Below, piece by piece: positions 9,048 through 16,813 of a DNA stretch of 64,000 nucleotides. Position 1 is the stretch's first letter, and every line of letters begins with the position of its first letter. The stretch covers positions 13,822-77,821 of the forward strand of contig JAQXGK010000073.1 in NCBI GenBank assembly GCA_029006345.1, given 5' to 3'. This stretch comes from Bacillota bacterium. GTDB taxonomy: Bacteria > Bacillota > Clostridia > Oscillospirales > SIG627. The notes under the pieces were generated by a model, which saw only the letters and a list, made by a program, of their open reading frames with translations, was not told where the DNA came from and searched no databases. The position numbers and the translations under genes are program-made.

Positions 9048-11186
9048 TTACGCTCGGTAGGACAGCTCTACGAAGATGTTGTAGACAAACGAGAACACCT
9101 TTGTAAGAAGTCCGGAGAACAAAACGCCTATGAACATAATGAACGCCATTCCGACTATTGTTCCGAGTGTCGTCAGTACATTCTTGCCGATGGTATAATC
9201 GTGGATAACCATCATTCCGAAGAACAGAAGCAAGCCCGTCCAAATATATGCAAACGATACAAGGAGCGAAATAATAGCTTGTTCGTCAAGTGAAAGCACA
9301 TTGGAAATAAGTGTTGCGGGTATTACGAGAATCGGTATAGGCAGAAGCGCATATCCGGTAGCCATAACGATATCCTTAAAGCTGCCTTCGCCGTCAAACA
9401 GAGTCGTAAGACACCAGTTCGCCACGCAGAACAGAAGGAAAGGAGTCAGTACCGAAAGCACTTGACCGAATATGGTGGATTTCGACGGGTCTGCGTTAAA
9501 TATGTACGCAGTTCCGAACGTCTGATAAATGAATGCTAAAATCGTCAGAAAAACGCAGAACAGCGAACCCTTCAGGTTGCCTCGTTTCTCGTGCTTCATA
9601 TCCCAGAAGCCGTCAAACGGATGGTAAATAATGTGGAAACCGTAAATCAACGCTTCCTTGAAGGTTCTCTTGTCCTTTGTAACCTGACCGGCCTTGTTGA
9701 CTTTGCGCGTATACTTGTTGAACTTAGAAACAAGAACAAAGAATACGATGAGTACTATCGGAATTACTACGATATACTTTTCGATCCACTGCTTTCTTAT
9801 TGCCTTGAAAGCTTCGGAGTAGCCCTCGGTATCGGTAGCATACGAGTAGTAAAGCTCAGCCTGTTCATAGTCGCCGTCGCGCTTGAGGCTGTCTGCTATA
9901 CCGATATATGACTGGTCAAAGTTCGCGTTTCTCTGGAGAATATCGGTCCAGAACCTTGCCGCATCGTCATAGTTGCGGTCTCTCGTATTCTGAAGAGCCT
10001 GGGCAATACAATCGCCGTATTCTGTTCTCTTGTAAACGGTAATGGAATCTGTCGTCTTATCAAGCACAAGTATATTCGTGCCCTTATAAGTAATTGCGTT
10101 GACATTCTGAAGATTACCGAGCTGCATACCCTTGTCGCCGAATATGAACAGCAGGTTGCCTTGCTCGTCATAGGTATAAATCTTCTGACGGTTAGCGTCG
10201 ATTATCGACCACATACCGTTCGGACCGAGAGCTACGTCAACTATCGAGGAAGCACCGGTTACCGCGTCCGGGTTAACGTTCATCGACTGAACATCTATTT
10301 CTCCCGACGGAGGATAGAAGCCGGTACGCTGCATAACGTCGTAACCGGAAGGATTAAGCTTTTTAACAGGCGCATAGTCGCCGGACTTATCCTTGCCTTC
10401 TATTGCCGACTGTTGCTTTTCGGGGTCTATCGAGTTTGTGGTAACATACACGAAGCCGGACTCGTCGATTGTAATATTGTTATACTCAGTGGGAACCAGC
10501 TTTTTGCTCTGAGCGCGCTGAGCGTCGGTCTGGAATGCTCTCCAGAAGATTTCCCAGGCAGTCGGGTTAGTCTTCTGAGCTCCGAGGAAGCCTATAAACG
10601 AACCGTCTCCGTTAAGCTGGATAACGCCGTAGTGAGTAGTAGAGGAAATTACATAAATTCTTCCGGCATTATCGACTGCCAATGCAATCGGTTTATAAAT
10701 GTGGTTTTCGGGGAATACATCGCCTGTCGGCTCTTCGATTCTCCTCTTGAAAGCGCAGGTCTTTTTATCGAATACAACTATTCGGTTGTTATCCGTATCT
10801 GCTACGAATATTTCATCATCCTTTACAAACACACCGCTGGGGGTGGCAAGCGAATCTGCGACGCCCTGGTCGTTTGTAAAGCTGTCGATAACATTTGTAA
10901 CTTTGTAGTTTGAGTCGCAAAGAATAATTCTGTTATTGCTGGAATCGGCAATATAGACATTCTCGTCCTCATCCACCTCAATATCCGACGGATCGTTGAG
11001 TGCTACAAGAAGCTTCATATCTGCGCTCGTAACCGTTCTGTCGGGAACATATGCGTGGGGAGAAGCTATTGCTTCGCCGTCGATAGTATATATATAGGTA
11101 GAATACGGAACGGCCGCAGAGGTCTGACATACAAGGAATATCGAAATAAACAGAGCTGCAAATGCAATTTTTAATAATCTTTTCAT
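9048..11186 (-). CDS. Fusion protein: signal peptide + NHL-repeat beta-propeller + TPR-like segment + TM + C-terminal Yip1-type 5-TM domain
   Basis: AAGGAGGG lies 8 nt upstream of the ATG at 11186. NHL-like blades are present (VYIADSSNNRIILCD, IFVADTDNNRIVVFD, AVDNAGRIYVIS, FVYVTT, ILVLDKTTDSITVY). A TPR-like helical region spans residues about 395-468 (NYDDAARFWTDILQRN..., GDYEQAELYYSYA), followed by a TM helix at 471-487. The hydrophobic C-terminal third (about 540-700) resembles Yip1-family membrane domains. Confidence 0.7.
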   Translation of the reverse strand: MKRLLKIAFAALFISIFLVCQTSAAVPYSTYIYTIDGEAIASPHAYVPDRTVTSADMKLLVALNDPSDIEVDEDENVYIADSSNNRIILCDSNYKVTNVIDSFTNDQGVADSLATPSGVFVKDDEIFVADTDNNRIVVFDKKTCAFKRRIEEPTGDVFPENHIYKPIALAVDNAGRIYVISSTTHYGVIQLNGDGSFIGFLGAQKTNPTAWEIFWRAFQTDAQRAQSKKLVPTEYNNITIDESGFVYVTTNSIDPEKQQSAIEGKDKSGDYAPVKKLNPSGYDVMQRTGFYPPSGEIDVQSMNVNPDAVTGASSIVDVALGPNGMWSIIDANRQKIYTYDEQGNLLFIFGDKGMQLGNLQNVNAITYKGTNILVLDKTTDSITVYKRTEYGDCIAQALQNTRDRNYDDAARFWTDILQRNANFDQSYIGIADSLKRDGDYEQAELYYSYATDTEGYSEAFKAIRKQWIEKYIVVIPIVLIVFFVLVSKFNKYTRKVNKAGQVTKDKRTFKEALIYGFHIIYHPFDGFWDMKHEKRGNLKGSLFCVFLTILAFIYQTFGTAYIFNADPSKSTIFGQVLSVLTPFLLFCVANWCLTTLFDGEGSFKDIVMATGYALLPIPILVIPATLISNVLSLDEQAIISLLVSFAYIWTGLLLFFGMMVIHDYTIGKNVLTTLGTIVGMAFIMFIGVLFSGLLTKVFSFVYNIFVELSYRA

Positions 11187-11200
11187 TCTATCAGCCCTCC

Positions 11201-12073
11201 TTAATCCTTCATACCTGAAGTAGACATAGTTTCAATGACATTGCTCTGCGAAACCACGAATACCAAAATGGGCACCATCATCATTACGACCGTGGAAGCA
11301 GCCGCAGCGCCCGCACGGGAGATGCCTTCGGATACGATCTGTTGAATAGCGTAGTTAAATGTCTTGAGCTGCTCGCTGTGTATGTAAAGCGACGAACCCA
11401 TGTTCCACAAATCCTTGAAGCAGAACATGATAAGTGTAAGCCAAGCCGGTTTAACCATCGGCATGACTATCTTCCAGAGGATTCGCCACTCACCCGCACC
11501 GTCAAGACGCGCACTTTCAAGCACCGAATCGGGAACCGATGAATCCATAAACTGCTTCATCAGGTAAAGTCCGAGGGATGTTGCAAATGCCGGTACGATG
11601 AGGGCAAGATAGGTATCTACCCAGTGGAAGGCACTCATTGTCAGGAAGTTTGTGATAGTGGTAACGGTAGCGTTGAACATAAGAGAATACTCAACGACTT
11701 TGAAAAGAAATACTCGTCCGGGGAATTTCAACTTAGAAAGAGCATATGCCGCAAAGGACGAAAGCATAACGTTTCCGAATGTACCGACCACCGATACAAA
11801 TACAGTGTTGAAAATATATCTTGAGAAAGGAACCCAAGAGGAGCCCATCAGTCTGAAGAGGTCTCCGAAGTTTTTGAAAGTCGGGTTAACAACATAGAAT
11901 CTGGGGGGATATACCCACAGCTCATCGAGCGGTTTAAGCGACTGAACGACAACATAGACCATGGGAAGAAACATAAACGCTCCGAAGATAAGAAGCACTA
12001 TGTTGATACCGAGGTCTCCTCCGAAGGAACGGTTCAGTGAGTGGTTTGACTTTTTGATTCTGAGCTTTGACAT
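11201..12073 (-). CDS. Carbohydrate-type ABC transporter permease (first pair, MalG-like)
   Basis: 290 aa and polytopic, with an EAA loop (SVLESARLDGAGEWRILWKIVMP). The ATG at 12073 lies 3 nt after the upstream stop. Confidence 0.9.
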   Translation of the reverse strand: MSKLRIKKSNHSLNRSFGGDLGINIVLLIFGAFMFLPMVYVVVQSLKPLDELWVYPPRFYVVNPTFKNFGDLFRLMGSSWVPFSRYIFNTVFVSVVGTFGNVMLSSFAAYALSKLKFPGRVFLFKVVEYSLMFNATVTTITNFLTMSAFHWVDTYLALIVPAFATSLGLYLMKQFMDSSVPDSVLESARLDGAGEWRILWKIVMPMVKPAWLTLIMFCFKDLWNMGSSLYIHSEQLKTFNYAIQQIVSEGISRAGAAAASTVVMMMVPILVFVVSQSNVIETMSTSGMKD

Positions 12074-12076
12074 GCC

Positions 12077-13033
12077 TTACTGACCTACCTTCCTCAAAAG
12101 TTTGTTGACTAGCAAGTTAGCTCCGATCATCAGTGCAAACAGCAAAACCGCTATTGCCGAAGCATAACCCATTTCAAACCTGGTGTTACCGTAGTCTTCG
12201 AGGTGATGCATGATGGTGTGAGCGCAGTAGTCCGGGCTGGGGAAGCCTACCATACCGGTAATTACGGCACCGAAGCCGAAGGACTGTGTTATAGACAGAA
12301 TAGCACCGAGCATCATCTGCGGCTTGATTGCGGGAAGCGTAACAAACCACAGCTCCTGCCAACGGTTCTTGACACCGTCGACCGCCGCCGCCTCGTACAT
12401 GCTTCGGTCAACGACCTGGTAGCCGGCTATAAACTGAAGGAACGAGGTTCCGAGTGAAGTCCACAACGCGACTATAATAACGATAGGCATTATATACGAC
12501 GGGTCTGTCAGGAATGCAATAGGCGTCGTAATGACACCCATTTCCATGAGAAGACCGTTGATAATACCGTGCTGGTCGGCGGTAAACATATACTGCCAAA
12601 TCAGGTAAGCGTTACCCGCGATACTGGGAGCGTAGAAGATAAGCGTCATTACCGCTCTGACCTTGGGTGAAAGCTCATTGATGAACCATGCCAAAATCAT
12701 TGACATCATGAACGATACAGGTCCTGTAATTGCCGCAAAAACGAAGGTGTTCTTGATAGCAAGAAGGAATATATCGTCATCCAGCAGAAGCCTTATGTAG
12801 TTGTCAAGAAAGACAAACTTTGGAGCCTCAAGCAGGTTGAACAGCGTAAAGCTGAAAAACACCGAAAGGATAACCGGCAATACCGTGAATATAAAGAAGA
12901 TGATAAAGAACGGAGCAAGAAGCAGATAAGCTATCTTGTTGTCCTTCATTTCCTTCAGCGTCCAGCGGAACTTGCTCATATCCGAACGATTAACAGGTTT
13001 TTTACTCGCCTTTACGGCGGTCGTCTTAGACAT
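12077..13033 (-). CDS. Carbohydrate-type ABC transporter permease (first pair, MalF-like)
   Basis: The ORF-track TTG at 13054 was rejected. The ATG at 13033 has AAGGAGAG 7 nt upstream. EAA loop is SMYEAAAVDGVKNRWQELWFVTLP. Confidence 0.9.
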   Translation of the reverse strand: MSKTTAVKASKKPVNRSDMSKFRWTLKEMKDNKIAYLLLAPFFIIFFIFTVLPVILSVFFSFTLFNLLEAPKFVFLDNYIRLLLDDDIFLLAIKNTFVFAAITGPVSFMMSMILAWFINELSPKVRAVMTLIFYAPSIAGNAYLIWQYMFTADQHGIINGLLMEMGVITTPIAFLTDPSYIMPIVIIVALWTSLGTSFLQFIAGYQVVDRSMYEAAAVDGVKNRWQELWFVTLPAIKPQMMLGAILSITQSFGFGAVITGMVGFPSPDYCAHTIMHHLEDYGNTRFEMGYASAIAVLLFALMIGANLLVNKLLRKVGQ

Positions 13034-13077
13034 GTATTTTCTCTCCTTAATCAATAGTATCTGTCACAAGTCCGCTG

Positions 13078-16000
13078 TTAGTTCTTCGTATTATCCGGAG
13101 TAGCAGCTGCGGTTGTTGCCGAGGTGTCCTCGGAACTTGTCGTTTCCGAGGAAGCCTCAGTTTTATCTGAAGTGTCTGCCTTATCGGCAGTTGTTGCAGT
13201 TTCCTTATCCTTATCGTCTCTGTCGGCGTAATCTTCCAATATCGGAAGGTCAAACTCCTGACGCTTCCTCGAAAGCTCTGAATTGATGTCGTCTATGTAG
13301 CCGAGCATTGTCGAGACCGGATCCTCAAGTTCGTTGTAAACTGCAAGGAATGCGAAGCTGATGTATCTTGTTACGATATAACCGCCGGGCATTTCGGGGG
13401 TATATGTCAGATGCTGGAACTGAAGCTCGAGGTTGTCGCGGTCGCTTGCCGTCCAGGGCTGAGAATTAAGCGCTTCAAGATTTGCCGTAGCGTACTGACC
13501 GGACGCACCGAGCAATGCCTTCTTTTCCTTACCGAAGGTGCTCTGAGCATCTGTGTCGGTCCACCACTTCATAAATTCCCACGCCTCATCTTTATTCTCG
13601 CAGCCGTTCATCATCATAACGCCTGTTACGGTACCTGCCGAGTCGTGATTTATGTTTCCGTCCTCATCCTTGGTTCCGGGAAGAAGTGTGAATTCCCAAA
13701 GACCTCTGATTTCGGGAGCGAATACCTGCAGCTGGTTATACATGGTATAATCGGCAACTGCTATGGGCATTTCACCGCTTCTGAAACGGTTTGCAAAATC
13801 GTATGCATACGGGAAGTTATACATTGTAAACAACTCGCACATTTCCTTGAAGCAATCAAGAGCAACGTTGGAGTCGAGGTTTATTTCCATACCGTAGGTA
13901 TAATCGATACCGTCCTCAGAAACCTCTCCGATTCCAGGCTTATAAAGCCCTTCTCCCCTCTGATAGAGGAAGATAAGCTCGCCTGCCATGGAGTTCGGGA
14001 ATCCGAACTGGAGGTTGTTGCTCTGAAGCACGGGAAGAATGTCGTAAACATCGTCCCATGTCTCCGGAACCTCCATATCAAGCTCTGCAAATACGTCCTT
14101 GCGGTAGAACAGCATTGAGAAAGTCTCGGTCTCGGGAAGAGCATAAGCAACATTGTAGAGTGTCAGCGGTCCCATAGCCGAAGCGTCGAAGCGCTTTGTA
14201 ACCTCATCGAAGCCTTCAAGGTCGGAGATAGGAAGCACTGCTGAACGGATAGCGTAGTTGATGACGTCCGCCGAAGCGTTAGACAGCGACACATCGGGTC
14301 CGGTGCCGGAAAGTGTAGCGGGAAGCAGCGTACCTACCGCAACCAGCTTTAAGTCAACATTTATTCCTGTCTTGGGAGTAAATGTATCATCGATCATCGA
14401 ACGGATTATCTGCGACTGGTCTCGAGAGGTTGCAGTCCAAACCTCAATGGGATTTGTTGTCTCCACTTCTCCGGCTTCGTTAACCTTGGTGCCCAAAGAG
14501 CTGTAGTCGCTGAAGAAGCTCATTATAAATGACTCGAACTCGAAGGCCAATGACTCGCCGAAGTTTGCATCGGCTCTCGGGATCTCTGCTTGTGCAGATT
14601 GGATGGTCATGTAGTCTATCTCGAGTGGCTGGCTCTTGGTGTTCATGATCCATGTTCCAAGGCTCGCGACCTTATCCTTCATATCCGAGAAGTTGCCCGC
14701 TATCTTGTCCTCATCGCTGCCCATTGTTTCAAGCAGCCATGCGGTGTTATCGAGTATGACCGAATCCTCGCCCTTAAGACCGACCGTTTCTTCAAGTCTG
14801 TCGGAAACCTCATAAAGTCTCTTGGATTCTTCAAGCATACCTTCGAGAACCTCAGGAAGGTTCTTCTTAAATTCGTAATCGCGGTAAATGTCGGGATTGG
14901 GACCCGTCAGCATAAGAATCTTCAGATAATAATTATTGATGGTGGTCATGGAAAGCTCGACTTCGCGGAGAATGCTTGCCATTCCTCCGAGAACGGCTTC
15001 CATGGTAAGCGTGTATTCCTCGCCGGCTTCAAAGTAGAAACGGTAAACCGTGTCCTCGCCGTCGCCCAGCAAGCAGGACTGCCAAGAGGAATCATACTTA
15101 AAGGAAAGACTCTTGGCCTCCTCAAAAGGATACTCACCGTTTATTCTGAGCGCTCTCGACGAAAACAGACCGGAATTGACATCCTGCTTGAATCTCATTC
15201 CTATCGTATAGAGACCCGACTCATTAACCTTGAATTTCCAGGAAATGGTCTGACCTGCATCCGTCCACTTGGAACCGCCGATTGTATTAAGACAGATGAG
15301 CGATGCGTCCTGAGGATCGGAAATAGGGCTTGTTCTGTCGTAAATCGGATATATAAGGTCTGTCGATGTGGAATCGGGGAACTCAGCGTCAACCTTTACC
15401 GACTGATCTGCCGAAACATCTTTATATCCTGCCGCTTCATACTCGGCGTAAACTTCCTCGTATGTCTTTGTATCTTCAGCGGCATAAAACTTTATCGATT
15501 TTATCGCTACAGGCTCCTGAACAGCCTCAAAGGTCACTATATGCTCACCTGCAGTGAGGTAAAAGTCAAAGGGCTCTGCAAAGTATCCGGTGGAATCCTT
15601 CGCAAATGTCTCGCACCATTCGGGCGTTTCGATGTTGCTCGGGCGAACCTCGTTGCCGTTGGCGTCTAGCTCGAAGCCGCGCGGAGCCGCGTTGGATATC
15701 TCCTCGTACTGGTTGCGCCATACGCCGTTCATAAATACATAACGGGCTTCCTTAAAAGGATAAGTTCCGTCCAAAAGGATAGCTCTCTCAATAGTGCTTC
15801 CTCTGCCCTTGACGGGATAATACTCTATCTTGCAGTTGTAGAGTCCCTCATCGTCAATATTGAACTTCCACGATACTCTTCCGCTGTCGGAAATGGTTAA
15901 GCAGTCAATGCCTTCGATGTTTTCCGCCACCACCTCAGCAGTGGTTGCCTCGGGAAGGTAATCGACGCCGTTGATTTCGGCGATGCTGGTTCCTTTCTCA

Positions 16001-16203
16001 TAACCTCCGTACAAAGTAACATATGTATCGTAGGTCACGGAATTCATAAGCTCCTTGATCTGCTCAAGGTTGGTCTTTTCTTCGTTCAGCTTCTCGATAG
16101 CCGCGTCAATATTGGCATCAGCCGAAACGATTACGGCGCAAGCGGACATAACGAGCGTTAAAACAAGCGTAACCGCAAGAGCCTTTGTGAGAATTCTTTT
16201 CAT
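13078..16203 (-). CDS. Giant (1041-aa) extracellular solute-binding protein with two N-terminal CBM-like beta-sandwich modules
   Basis: GGGAGGA lies upstream of the ATG at 16203, and there is a signal/lipoprotein-like N-terminus (LVLTLVMSACAV). Two internally duplicated modules are described in the findings. The C-terminal half has the family-1 sugar SBP pattern (PIEVWTATSRDQSQII..., GFPNSMAGELIFLYQRG..., WEFMKWWTDTDAQ). The tail is Ser/Thr/Asp-rich. Confidence 0.8.
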   Translation of the reverse strand: MKRILTKALAVTLVLTLVMSACAVIVSADANIDAAIEKLNEEKTNLEQIKELMNSVTYDTYVTLYGGYEKGTSIAEINGVDYLPEATTAEVVAENIEGIDCLTISDSGRVSWKFNIDDEGLYNCKIEYYPVKGRGSTIERAILLDGTYPFKEARYVFMNGVWRNQYEEISNAAPRGFELDANGNEVRPSNIETPEWCETFAKDSTGYFAEPFDFYLTAGEHIVTFEAVQEPVAIKSIKFYAAEDTKTYEEVYAEYEAAGYKDVSADQSVKVDAEFPDSTSTDLIYPIYDRTSPISDPQDASLICLNTIGGSKWTDAGQTISWKFKVNESGLYTIGMRFKQDVNSGLFSSRALRINGEYPFEEAKSLSFKYDSSWQSCLLGDGEDTVYRFYFEAGEEYTLTMEAVLGGMASILREVELSMTTINNYYLKILMLTGPNPDIYRDYEFKKNLPEVLEGMLEESKRLYEVSDRLEETVGLKGEDSVILDNTAWLLETMGSDEDKIAGNFSDMKDKVASLGTWIMNTKSQPLEIDYMTIQSAQAEIPRADANFGESLAFEFESFIMSFFSDYSSLGTKVNEAGEVETTNPIEVWTATSRDQSQIIRSMIDDTFTPKTGINVDLKLVAVGTLLPATLSGTGPDVSLSNASADVINYAIRSAVLPISDLEGFDEVTKRFDASAMGPLTLYNVAYALPETETFSMLFYRKDVFAELDMEVPETWDDVYDILPVLQSNNLQFGFPNSMAGELIFLYQRGEGLYKPGIGEVSEDGIDYTYGMEINLDSNVALDCFKEMCELFTMYNFPYAYDFANRFRSGEMPIAVADYTMYNQLQVFAPEIRGLWEFTLLPGTKDEDGNINHDSAGTVTGVMMMNGCENKDEAWEFMKWWTDTDAQSTFGKEKKALLGASGQYATANLEALNSQPWTASDRDNLELQFQHLTYTPEMPGGYIVTRYISFAFLAVYNELEDPVSTMLGYIDDINSELSRKRQEFDLPILEDYADRDDKDKETATTADKADTSDKTEASSETTSSEDTSATTAAATPDNTKN

Positions 16204-16340
16204 CGAGCTGGGTTCCTCCCTATAGAATGATTTGCGATAATCGATAAAGAATAATATGCTTATACACAGAAATCACCGCGGCGGCCTGCGCGGCGCACGC
16301 ACTAAACTGCCACGATAATTTGATGTAATTATCACCGTAG

Positions 16341-16370
16341 ATTTTAGCACAGCCAAAAAGCCTTTGTCAA
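16341..16370 (-). promoter_or_regulatory. Putative sigma-A promoter of the transporter array
   Basis: On the - strand: TTGACA (16370-16365), an 18-nt spacer, then TGcTAAAAT (extended -10, hexamer at 16346-16341). It lies about 135 nt upstream of the SBP start codon. Sequence-only prediction. Confidence 0.4.
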
Positions 16371-16813
16371 GAAATATATATATGTAGGCAACATGAAAAA
16401 CTGCGAAATACCAAGGCTTTTCACAATATACGCATCCGTGCGTTTCGTAAATCTCGATGCAAAAGCAGAACAATTATAAATTTTGTAAAACTGCACAAAA
16501 AGTCAGATAAAAGTTATAACTCTAAAAATGAGTTTTTTAATAACCCTGAAATATCAACAGTATTTGGCACCGTATTTGATTTTGAATTGTCAGAGTTATA
16601 TATTTTATTTTGCGATTATTATCAACAGCTTAATTTTCATCATTACTATTTTTCTGTCAAATTACGGCAAAAAAACAGGTCGAATTAGCGATATAACCAA
16701 GCGCATTTTGGCAATATTCGACAATTTCGACCCTTGATTTTTTGCAGTTTTAACTATATGCAAAAGCATCTATAATGATTCTGATTTTTGATTTATCTTT
16801 GTTCAATATGACG

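Noticed and set aside
14590-15669. Long antisense ORFs in the track. Examples are 14590-15669 (359 aa), 6938-7774, 10161-10913, 13411-14118, 18939-19727, 24086-24877, 31055-31822, 36084-36890, 40153-41304, 48945-49829, 49571-50392, 51145-51837, 58090-58875, 60085-60831 and 61804-62580.
   Set aside because: Each lies wholly inside, and opposite to, a longer ORF with clear family-level motifs. Their translations are Arg/Cys/Ser-rich with no recognisable domain and no Shine-Dalgarno. They are typical shadow ORFs of GC-biased coding sequence.
16273-16473. 66-aa - strand ORF overlapping the predicted promoter and leader of the binding-protein gene.
   Set aside because: It spans the -35/-10 elements and has no SD or recognisable motif. 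It is more parsimoniously non-coding leader sequence.
16528-16737. 69-aa hydrophobic ORF on the + strand in the AT-rich spacer.
   Set aside because: It has no Shine-Dalgarno upstream. Its composition is simply what AT-rich DNA encodes (Ile/Phe/Asn/Tyr-rich), and there is no supporting promoter or terminator arrangement.
16457-16768. Interpretation of the AT-rich block as a MITE or insertion with target-site duplication (11-nt direct repeats plus 9-nt inverted repeats).
   Set aside because: The inverted repeats are short, A/T-run-dominated and asymmetrically placed relative to the direct repeats (17 nt versus 3 nt). No transposase or further copies were seen in the window. It is kept only as a low-weight note within the spacer finding.
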